DNA of 64,000 nucleotides from NCBI GenBank assembly GCA_903813345.2, contig CAIIXF020000001.1, forward strand, positions 28,148,001 to 28,212,000. Reading direction: 5' to 3'. This stretch comes from Owenia fusiformis (Eukaryota). Under the pieces are notes generated by a model, which was not told where the DNA came from, searched no databases, and worked only from the letters and a program-made list of their open reading frames with translations. Positions within the stretch are counted from its first letter, which is position 1. The number at the start of each line of letters is the position of its first letter. This document shows, in pieces, positions 25,301 through 37,300 of this stretch. A program made the translations under genes and the position numbers.

Positions 25301-28300
25301 ACCTTCGTTAGGAAGTTGCAACTACAGTCTCAGCTGTAGTTGCTAGCCTTTATGGTTCAGGGGTAAAGCGTCTGACTCGAGAGTGGGAGGTCCTGGGTTC
25401 GATTCCCATATGGGCATTGAATTTAGTTCACTTGTTTTCGAGTTTAGTATCTGGCTCGGTATACTACAGCTCCCCGACAGGCGTGCCCAAGGGTCGTTAC
25501 ATTGATGTCAGAAGTGGGATTGCCCTTGTGAATCAGTTACAACGGGACGTCGTCTTCTAGGGGGATGGTGTAATGACCTTCGATACCAAGTCACTACTAC
25601 TGTCTCAGCTGTAGTGGCTAGCCTTTATGGCTCAGGGTTCGATTTTCCTGTTAAAATAAAATTTGATTGTGCTCTATGCGGTTTTGTAATTGAGGGTGTT
25701 TGACTACGTTGTCCACGACTCATATTGGTGTTCATTGATTGGTGTTTGGCATTTGGCATCTGTAACAAATGGTAGGTTGTGACATTTTGCATGTTATTTC
25801 CTTGTGCCATGTTGCACTGTCATCATTTGATTGCTTATTTTTAGATTTGATAGCCTTACATTATATTAAATCCTAAAAATGAATATAATGGACACAGACT
25901 ATGAAATATCATTTGAGAAGAATCAGGAAATTCTACAACGACTACGTCAATAAAGATAGAGACCAGGCTCATAGCCAGAGGATGTTCGATCATGGGGGTT
26001 TGATAGGTTTGAGCACTTCCCCCCCTCACTTTCAAAATCGTGCAGTTTTTTACCATTCTAAGCATTTATTAAGTAATTTGGGCTATTTTTGGACTAAAAT
26101 TGTCAAAAGTGAACACCCCTCCTAGAACTTTTTAAAAAGTGAAACCCCCTTGGCAAAAGCTGGCTACGGGAGACATTTCAAGGTGTTGTTAATTTCAGCT
26201 GGCAAAGCTGCTCCCAAAGGGAAACAAGATGCTGCATCAAACAAAAAGGCTGATAAACCAAAGGAGAAGGTTTGGACAAAGGATGATGAGGCTGCTAGGA
26301 AGATACAGACAGGTGCAAGAGGATACCTGGCCAGGAAAAAACTTAAAGCGCTAAAGAAAGAGAAGGCAGACTATGATGAACTTATGGATAAACTAGAAAA
26401 GGAGGTAAGCAGGCAGAGCAAAATATGTACTTTGTAGTGCTTGCAAAATATGTTTTGTGTAATGCTAGAGAAATATGTACTGTGTAGTGCTAGCAAGATA
26501 TTTTTGTTATACCCCCCCCCCTCCTATCTCCCTTATGTGTTTTGAAATAAATTCTAGGCTCTCATTCAAGTGGTTAGGATGCAGCAAGAGGAGGCTGAAA
26601 GACAGCAAGCCAAAGAAGATGAGGAGAGAAGGCAGAGGATACAAGAGAAGAAGAGACAGAAGCGGATGCTGGAATCTGCATTTGATGGAGATGTAGATGA
26701 CATGGAAGCCATACTCAAAGAGGTACATGTATATGGCAGGTCAAACTCAAAGAGTTCTAGAGGCATGTCAAACTCAAAGAGTTTTTGCAAACTCAAAGAG
26801 TTTTTGGGGCAGGTCAAATTTAAAGAGTTATAGTGGGTCAGAATATATTGCCACCATTTTTGTGACCAGTGTCAGTTTTCAGTATTACTGTATAACATGT
26901 ATTAAATCCAGGTGCTTTATTTTCCGAATTGGATTAAAATTGTTATTGCTGAATAAACGTTTGCCGACCTGACACCCCTAAATGTAAAGCCAAATAAAAT
27001 ATTACTAAGCTGACACCTCTAATATAATTTTGATTTACAACTGGATTTTAATCACCTTCATTTTACTGACTCAGAAAACCTGACATCCTGACATTATGAG
27101 TGACAATTTGAGTGATTACCCACATTCGATAGACTCAGGACAATTAATAACAGGATTAAAAACTTTTAATATTGGGATTAAAAACTTTTAATACTGGGAT
27201 TTCCAAAGCACTTGGATACAATTAGATCTTCTGACATTTTAACTTTTTAACATGACTTTTTATTGTAATTTTATGCTGGGGAATAAAGCTAAGTATAGTA
27301 AGTTGATACTCGTTAGAAAATTACCCTAATTACAGTAAGTTGACACACGTTAGACAACTACCATATTATCGCCCACAAAGATTGATCATCAATTACTTAA
27401 TTATATGAATTTTATGTTGCCGTTTCTGTTTTACATTCGGCAATCGGCAACTTTATATCCACGGCAATATTTCATGTTATACGGTGTACCATCTGTAATA
27501 AATGCTTACAGTTTTGTAATTGCAACAAGTTTGTGACATATTTTCATGTACATGCCTTATTGCTTTAATGAAGCCTGGTTTTGGAACATCTGATGGACCA
27601 ATTGCAATAACAGAGTCCATTCTCACACATTGTCTGATTCACTGAACTTTTGAATAACCGCATCCGAGTAAGTGTGGGGAAAATTCCAACATTAGCACTA
27701 AAGTGTAACATATGTGTAGAAGTATTCAAGTCAAAAACTAAAAATAAATATTTTGTTCCTCGTGCATACATACCATATGGTATATGTGTATAAGTATATG
27801 CAGTAATGTACAAAATGTAAAATTTAAATCCAAGGATGACATTCAAATGTTTTGTATTAACATTCAATTTTTACAGGTGGGAGACATAGATGATAAGAAT
27901 GGTATAGGTCGAGATGACATAGGAACAGCAATACGCAACAAACATTTGCTCAACATTGTTGAATGTGAAGATGCCAATGAAAACACACCTCTTTCAGAAG
28001 CTTCAAGTTAGTCAGAATAACATTTTTAAAATGAAATGAAATAAAAATGAAATGCTATATTTGTTGTTAGTTAAGTAAAATGATTTGCCTTCATTGTATA
28101 GATGTCACTTGAGTTATAACCTCAATCTGAGGGAACTTAATTACTTTTAAAACTCGTCTTTGTCTTTAAAAATTGATCTAATCTATTTATTTTGAATGAG
28201 AGAATAATGGGCTTCACTACTTCCGTCTTTATATCAGCATAAAACCTATTGCACATTTCAAGGCTACCTCTATGTTTCTTATTTTTTCTTATTTTAACAA

Positions 28301-31300
28301 ATAATAGGATGCTATATAACAACATACAATGCATACATTTTTTGGCTTCAAGGTGGTGGCAGTATGGATGCAGTCAAATTTCTCATCGAAAGAGGAGCTG
28401 ATCCCAATCACCAAGGCCAGTTCCTAAGGACCCCTCTCTACAGGGCAGCCTTTGCTGGACATTTAGATGTTTGTCAGGTGAGTTCTTGAAAACTATGTCT
28501 TGCTCCATGATGTGTTGGACAGAAATCACACTGTACAAAAAAAGATTCTTATTGAATGTTATCAAATAAGGAATACTTATCGGCAAGTGAGTGACTGTTT
28601 AATGCAAAATATTATTTCGGAACCAAAATAATTGGCAGATTGTCTGCATGTCCTAGCGTATATTTATAATTCACATTATTCTAGGCCTACCCCTCTATTT
28701 TCGGGCTGGGATGATATGTTAATTCAAATCTTTTATGTGAATGAATAAAATATACATTTCCTCTCTATTTCTAATGCTGGTGGAGTTTGATAAACAGCTT
28801 GAGGTCACTCCTAGTCATATCTGCTCCAGTGTAATCCCTGAAAGCAAAGTGAGACTGCTAATGAAGCATATCACTACCCAGTACTGTCCGGGTATCTGTA
28901 CTTTTTGGCTTACACAGTGAGCCTATGGGATCGACCAGGCATCCGTCCGTCCGTTTGTTGGTCCGTCCGTCCTTTAAATAACCCCTCTAGCTGTGATTGT
29001 AGATGCTGCTTCAACATGGCGCAGACCCCAGGATTTATGCAAGTGATGGCCAATCTCCACAGCATGTGAGTTAACCATGGGGTCCCATAGGAGTATTCCA
29101 CAGAGAATTGTGGTGTAAAATTCAGGGTTGACATATGTATTTCCCTGGGTAATCAATTTTATTAACTTGTTCATCATCTCTTCGTGAAGTTGGAAATAAT
29201 CTGAAGATAGAGATGACTTTCGAAATCCAGGTTTGCTTTTGAAAATTCTCTGTAGTATTGAAAATGGCTAAGGTGGCAGTAACATGATCAGAGAATTGTA
29301 TTCAGTCAATATACAAATTGTTCTTTTTCAGATGTCATTTTTCTCAAGATTTTATGTGATCTTTACATCATCCATTTACAGATAGACCATTGACAACAAT
29401 TTTATTTAACATTTAGATTGCTTCCCTTGATGCAGTTGTAGAACTGTTGACAGAGTGGGATATCTCACAAACAGAATCTCTTAAGGAAAAAATTGATAGA
29501 GAAAAAGAGAAAAGATCTGAACAAGAGAAGAAAAGAAGAGAAGCTGAAACTAATAAGTAAGCTGAAGAATAAATCTCCCATTTACCATATTGTTTTTTTT
29601 GATATCATTATGATTTTCTTAGAATGTTTTCAGTCGGTTTGAAATTGAAATTACATGTTTTACCTAAATATTTTAAATTATTTATTTACTTAGTAGCTTT
29701 AAGTGACCATGTCCCACCCTCTTACATTACTGGAGAAAAAATCTTAAATCATAACTCTATGTTCACTGATCATTGAGTCCCTGTTTCAATACATGTGGTT
29801 ATATTAGATATTCTCCACAAAAATTGACTAAGGATCAATGTAGAAAATTGGCATATTTATTGGCCCATCCTGTTAACATAATGATTATTTGATGGGAGGG
29901 ATTTTTATTTCATTATATTTTACAATTCCAAATGATATTTGATCATGGTAGAAGAATGCTAAGCAAAATATGTAAAAGTCAAGAGATATCCCAGAATAGT
30001 TCTGATGAGGGATCTAATGCCTTTATTTCCCAGGAAAACATGTTATTATGGAATGAAAAAGATTTGTATTGAATGCTCTTTGTTTTCACTTGCAGATTAG
30101 AGGGCAGCTTGGCAGAGATTCAGAAAGAGTTTGAATCCAAGCAGAAGCATGTAAGTATACTCAGGGGAAGTCTCAAAAGTTTCACCCTAAATTATACACT
30201 CCATGTATTTATAATATTCAATTAATTATTGTATTGCCCACACATCTTCTTTGTTAACAAATATTAATTTTGGAAGCGCTTGTTTTTAAATAAAAAAGGT
30301 ATTCTAGAAATACTCTAGACAAAACAGATTTTTGAAAGTGTTAATTATTTTAATAAAAAGTGTGTTCTAAAAATACTGTGAACAAAACAAATTTTTATAA
30401 GTCATGCTATAGTGAGAAACAGGTAAAACAGGTCTTTTAGTGAATTTGTGCTTTTTACCATGATTTATTACATACTTTGTTGATGGAGATTGTATTGTAA
30501 ATATATTTTATGGGGGTTTAATGAAATAAATGCATGTTTAAATTAGTTAAGTCATTTTAAGAGCATATCATGACATGACAAACAAATATGATGCCTATTT
30601 TGTTGTACTTTTCAGTTGAATTCTGCGTACTGTGAACTGAACAAGCGAATTACGGAGCATGACACTGTATCAGCGCAAGGCTTTGAGAGAACTGATATTA
30701 CTTTACAGGTAGATACTGTTGTTATCCTGAGAATGTAAAATTGGATGAAAAAGAATTTAGCTGTCTAAATGGTGTTCAAATGCATAAAAAATATTTTTTA
30801 ATTCTTCAATGTTAGGAAGTGAGGCAAGCAATGCCCGATTTGGCTGAAATTTTTTGTGGGGTCCCTACCAATAATTCAAATTGACCATATGATATGAAGA
30901 GCAGCTTGATTGCCAAAATTTTCTAAAATGAAACACCCTAATGCCAGTCAGAAAATTCTTGATTTTCACACATTAAGTTACTCACAATTGTGACTTATTC
31001 TATGAAGTGAATGAGTAACTTAAAAATGTTTTACAATTATATTATTAGGTATGCTTAGCCTAAATATAAAAACAGAATATCAAGATGTGAAAATTCTGCT
31101 TTCAGTGTATACATGACCAGGAGGCAGTTGTAAATACAGCCCAACTTGACTTTGAAGTGATCCAAGGCAAACTACAGCAAGCAAAACTCAGGTTGAGAGA
31201 GCAACAAATGAACAATGCAGGTAAGACAGTACATATGTAAATACTAAGAAATAGATTAATGGGAATTTATAGACTCGATGCTAGTAGAAATATTCTTGAT

Positions 31301-34300
31301 TTACATCGTTGAATATTCAAAATTTAGTCAAAGTGATATCATAATTGAAGTCTTCATGTAAAATGACATCTTGAAATTTGGTTTAGAAAATTGAGATCAT
31401 CAAGATTTCAGCAACATAAAACTGAAAGATCATTTGTGTAAATATTTAGAGAGTAGTGATGGAGATTCAAAATACAGTAAAATCTGTCTAAGTGGAACCT
31501 CTTTGCAATTTGGTACCTCTAAAAAGTGTTCCATGTAGGAGGTGTTCCACTTATACAACAAATGTAGAAGTTAATTTGATTTTAAAGCAGATATGAAATG
31601 GTATTTTTAACCTAAAAGAATCAATATAATTTTTTGATAGATGTATTTGGACATGTTTTCTAATCAGTAGTGTGAAAACTATTTCACTCTAACGATCGTT
31701 ATAGCTGCTTAATAAGCAATATTCAAATTGGTTGTGACGTTATTGGCCCCCACATGATCTCTCACTGGCCCCCACGTGGACCGTTTTGGTCCATTAGATC
31801 ATGACGTCATAATGCCAAAATGTTTTGTTATTTGTTTACACAACAATCCTATGGTTGCCGTGACGTTGTTATTACTATGGAACCAATAAACCAAAACTAT
31901 AATTTGTATATGACGTTACTAATCACGTGGGGGCCAATTTGATTTATCAGTTAGTTTTATTTCGTTATCTATGATCGTTAGCAGTTATCTAACATTTATT
32001 TTATAATGGCTATCGCAAGAACTCTACGGTGGGCTTACAATAGAGAAAACCGCATTTTTGTAGCTGCAAGTTGAGAAAAGCTATTTCAGTTGTCCTTTAA
32101 TATAGTTGGTCCTGGGACTCTGAAGTGTTCCTCTAACATAGGTGTTCCACTTCTAGAGGTGTTTCACTTTACAGGTTTCACTGTATTTGATATGAGATAT
32201 TTGTATTTCAGAACTTGGGGATGACTTGCCAGGGTTAAAGGTTACTGTGCGGGAACTTGATGATGTACTTGTACGAGATGTGGGTAACAAGATCAAAGAT
32301 TCTGGAAAGCAAGTGGTTTGATTTATGTTTTAGAATATATAATTACAAACAATTACTTGAATTGACAGACAGGTCATTGCATATTGTTTACAAATATCAA
32401 TTCTAATACATTTATTTCACGGTAATGCAATATGAAAGTGAAAAGTAAATTTGGCATATTAAATGAAGCCCCCCTCCTTATGTATGTGATAAAATGTTTT
32501 ACTACTCTTATACCAAGATTTTGTGTTTGCCCTCTCCATTCTCTTTTGCTGGGAAAAGGATACTGTATAAGTGGTATTTAATCCGACTGGTTAATTTTCC
32601 GAATGGTCAATTTCATCATTTTCCTAATTTTAATTTTCCTAATGACAAGAAACCTCCCATTTGATAACATTATAAAGACAATATTTCCGACATTTTATTT
32701 TCCGAACCTGGCAAAAATTAGGAAATAGGCAAATTAAATGATTAGGTAAAATTACCACTTATACAGTAATTGTGATCCTTGGTTCCAATGTAATACAATG
32801 TTCCAATGTAATACAATGTTCATGTATATGTATACCAATACATGTAATTGTGCTGATTTTTTTAGGTGGCCAATGATAATAGACAGGACAGGCCATGCTA
32901 CTACCTTTCTAAGGTACCAAGATACCAATTATGTCAATGCTATCAATCCACAGTTTATGGACAAAGACAAACTTAGACTGGCACTTTTAGGAGCCATAAG
33001 GTGGGTACAGGTTATAATAGAAAAAAATAAGATTAAAGGACCCATGGAAAGTTTGAACCACATAGCTTATATTGTGTGTACCCTATGAAAATTAGTCCAA
33101 AATAGTATATCTAGAAAGGAAACTAGACAATCTTTGTACTCAAAATGTATGACATAATAATATTGTAAGATTATGCTCCAGCACTGCCAATATTAAGTTA
33201 TAAAGAATACAGTTGCCATAGGTAGATGCATGTCTGACTTACTTTTAAATAATAACAAACTGCAAACTGGGCATGTGAATTAACTTGAAGAATTTTTGTT
33301 TAAGTGGATTTTTTCCAAATGGATACAACAGCTCAAGTCAAAGACAAATTGTGTCCCATTCTTCTGAATTTAAATCACCAATTTTGGGCTTTCTTGTAAG
33401 AATGATGTGATTTGCTTACAATTGAAGGTCCAACAATAGAATTCTTTCATCAGGGATATTCTTGTATTTTAGATATGGCAAACCATTTGTGATTGACATG
33501 ATGGAGTTAGACCTTTGGGAGCAGATAGAAATGAGAATGAACGATGTCGAAGCAGGACTCCTAAAATCCATTCTAGATAAATCTATTATCCAAAATGAAA
33601 AGTAAGGTCCTTTTTACCCCTATATCACTCGGTTCATTCGTATGGATAAATCTATTATCCAAAATGAAAAGTAAGGTCCTTTTTACCCCTATGTCACTCA
33701 GTTCATTCGTATGGATAAATCTATTATCCAAAATGAAAAGTAAGGTCCTTTTTACCCCTATGTCACTCAGTTCATTCGTATGGATAAATCTATTATCCAA
33801 AATGAAAAGTAAGGTCCTTTTTACCCCTATGTCACTCAGTTCATTCGTATGGATAAATCTATTATCCAAAATGAAAAGTAAGGTCCTTTTTACCCCTATG
33901 TCACTCGGTTCATTCGTATGGGCAATAGCTCAAATACTGATGGAACCATCTCATTCATTTTAAGTAGGAAAATACAGATTGGGCCAAAACATGTCATATT
34001 TTTTCTCATTTTTTCTATATATTTATTCAGGGTGCTGGCTAAATGAAACCTGCTCCATGTGCCCTTGTAACATTTTTGTTAGCTTGATACTACATTCTTT
34101 TGCATCCTAAGTAAAATATATATAGAAAGAAATGAAAATGTTGAACATCTTTTAGCCCACCCTGTATACAATGAATGGTAAATATTCCAAAATGTCAAAT
34201 GGCCAATATTCAAATTTGGTAACCAGATATTGTAAAACAACTTTTTCGTATTGAACCAATGTTAAACATCTGCATTTTTTATGGCATGATTTCAAGGTCT

Positions 34301-37300
34301 TATTATATCGAGTGAATCATTTGGTATTTTAGTTGGCAGTCTGTCAAATGTGATAATTTAGAAGTTATGTATTGATGAAATTCAATATTAATTTATTATT
34401 CAACAAATTGGCTGACTCTTCTGATATATTTGATAGTATATTTTCTTCATTTAAGCAATTAAGCCATTCGTTTGAATTGTATGGTGATAATGAATTTATG
34501 AAAACATATTTAATTGTCGTTAATTATTCTAATGAAAAATATTTTAATATGATTCACATATATTCACAAGGTTCTCACCAGGAAATTTTTAGACCCTGGA
34601 TTTTTTTTGTGGTATCGCAACTACTCCTCCCCTAAGTAAGATCAGAGATATCCTATTAGTATACTTTTCAAAATATTACTAAGATTACCTTCCTTCTTAA
34701 TCACAATATATTTTTCTAAAAGGTTTCTGACTTCCTAGTTCTTGTTTGTATCTAGTTTTATGTATTTTCTCAAGATTTTACCAGAAATAATGTGACACAA
34801 TGTAAAATTAGACTCCGGAAAAACACTTTAGACTCCCTAAAACCTAGACCCTGGAGCAAGAGGGTCTAAACATATAATTAGACTTCAGACAATCTCCGGA
34901 GTCTAAAAACCTAGTGAGTCTAAAACCCTGATTCACTTTATATAATCGATTACTAGTAAATATATTGATTTTTAAAGGCATTCTTGTTAACTTATCCCAT
35001 ACTGTTGTTGCAGTTTTAGCAACAAAAGTAATAGTAATACATGTAGTTACATTTTACATTTACAAATCTGGAATAATTTTCTTTTTTTTTTTTCTTTTTC
35101 AAATATAGTTTATTCCAATTTAGGTTTTTACGATACAGAAATACAATGATACAATTAATTACAATAATGTATAATGAGTTATGTTTTAATCATTTTCCAT
35201 TTGTTTTTAAAAAATACATTTTTTCGAGTACAGATTTCAAAATTTAAAGTTTTAATAGTGCCTTCAAAATTACGCTTAATACCATTATTCAGTTCTTGAA
35301 TATATGTTTTATATATAACAAATGACACAATACTTATAAAATAGTTTAAAAATTCAGTATGATTGTCATTTCCATCGTAACCAATTATCAATTTTCTGTA
35401 AGTTACTCTTAACCCTGAGATATTATAAATATGTTTCCAAATGTTTTGAGAATATGAGCATGAAAATAACAAATGTCTCAAGGTACATAATTTATTACAT
35501 AAACTACATTTGTAGGTTTCACTTTTACCAAATATATATAAATCACTAAGGCTAGGAAGAATATTGTTGATTATTTTAAAGTTGAAATTACCTATTTTCT
35601 TTTCTTTACAACTTATTTTTGTAGAGAAAAAGTTTTGCCAATTTATTTCATCATTGGCTTCATAGCAAAACTTGTTCCCATTTCATTTTCATAAACCATT
35701 TTTCCGATCGTTTGTTTTTTAATATTTCATAAAAGAATTTGGATTTCTGATTATTCACAGTGATAATCACATTATTTATATTAAATTTAAAAGTATTATG
35801 AATATTTGTATACTTGACAGATTCTAAATTGAATCTTTCTTTCAGTGTGCCCGTGGCTGATAAAACTCTGTAATATTCAGATATCCAATTTTGTTTATTT
35901 ACAAGTTTTTGATATAACATATTAACATCAAGGAACCTGTTCTGAATTATCAAGTCTTTTATGTATATAATTCCACTTTTGATCCATGATTCAAAGAAAA
36001 TTGGTTTATTTTTGACGGTAAATAATTTGTTTCCCCATATAACCTCTTGCAAGAGTTCATGTTGCTTCATATCTCTTATATTTTTGATGCATTTACATAA
36101 ACAATGTGCTTCCAGCACTTGTTGATAAAAAAGTGGAACATTTTCAAATTCTTTGAATCTATGTCCCCACCACATAGTGTGGGGCCATATTGTCGGCCTA
36201 GGCGCGTCCGTCCGTCTGTCTGTCCGTCTGTCTGTCCGTCTGTCTGTCAGTCTGTCCGTACGTCCGGCAGTTTTCTCCAAAACCGCTACAGATAGCACCT
36301 TAAATTTTCAGGGATAACTTATGAATGCATAAAGATGTGGATGAAAAAAAATTAACTCGAGACCAACTTCCTGTCGGCCATTTTGAAGTCAAATGCTAAA
36401 ATCCTTGTCTGCAAACTTTAAGAAAAACGGCTTCACAGTTGCTTTTAAAACTTTAACATCTTGTTCAGCTCACTTCATTCTAGATCTGATTAGGTTTTGG
36501 ACCTGTAAGCTCAGTCATGTCAGCCATTTTGAATGTTTTAAGAAAAGTTAGCGCACGATAATACTTTGTATCATATTGAATGGTGTTATTCAGTTTTCAT
36601 ACTTAAACTATTTAGTAGCTTTATAAATAATTTCAGGTGTACTTTGTTGTAAAAGCCTATGTTATTGTTAACAGTAGTTATATGTGATAATTTTGTTGAA
36701 AGAAATTAGCAAAAACTCATAATCACTTTTTTATTGTCGGCCATTTTGGATTTTTCGGTCCTAAAATCTCGTGTGTAAAGTCTTGTCTACACGTTTTCAG
36801 GTGAACCGTTTGGTGGATCAATTTCAAATTTTCAGGGATGATTTTTAGTATGAAAATCTAGATCTGATTAGTTTTTGGGCATACTGGGTAAATGTCAAGG
36901 CAGCCATCTTGGATTTTCCGTCCTAAAATCTTGTCTGTAAAGTCTTGTCTACGCATTTTCAGGTGAACCGTTTGGTAGATCAATTTCAAATTTTCAGGGA
37001 TGATTCTCAGTATGAAAATCTAGATCTGATTAGTTTTTGGGCATTCTGCGTAAATGTCAAGGCAGCCATTTTGGATTTTCGGTCCTCAAATCTTGTCTGT
37101 AAAGTCTTGTCTACGCATTTCCAGGTGAACCGTTTGGTAGATCAATTTGAAATTTTCAGGGATGATTCTCAGTATGAAAATCTAGATCTCATTAGTTTTT
37201 ATGCATTCTGGATAAATGTCAAGGCAGCCATTTTGGATTTTCCGTCTTAAAATCTTGCCCGTAAAGTCTTGTCTTCGCATTTTTAGGTGAACCGTTTGGT

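Noticed and set aside
25346-25416. Functional tRNA gene or tRNA-derived SINE
   Set aside because: The stems are mismatched, the anticodon arm is poor, and there is no T-run terminator or SINE tail; the segment is embedded in an LTR followed by a PBS and PPT.
33573-33963. Repetitive ORFs or a CRISPR-like array
   Set aside because: Head-to-tail 69-bp units with no unique spacers in a eukaryotic intron; the ORFs arise because the unit length is divisible by 3.
34567-34930. hAT-like MITE (CAAGGTT...AACCCTG)
   Set aside because: The ends are short and degenerate and there is no convincing 8-bp TSD; probably a TE relic but not supportable.
35660-36298. 212-aa ORF as a single gene
   Set aside because: It is a chimera of HINE microsatellite (TDRRTDRR) fused in frame to the LINE ORF2 remnant.
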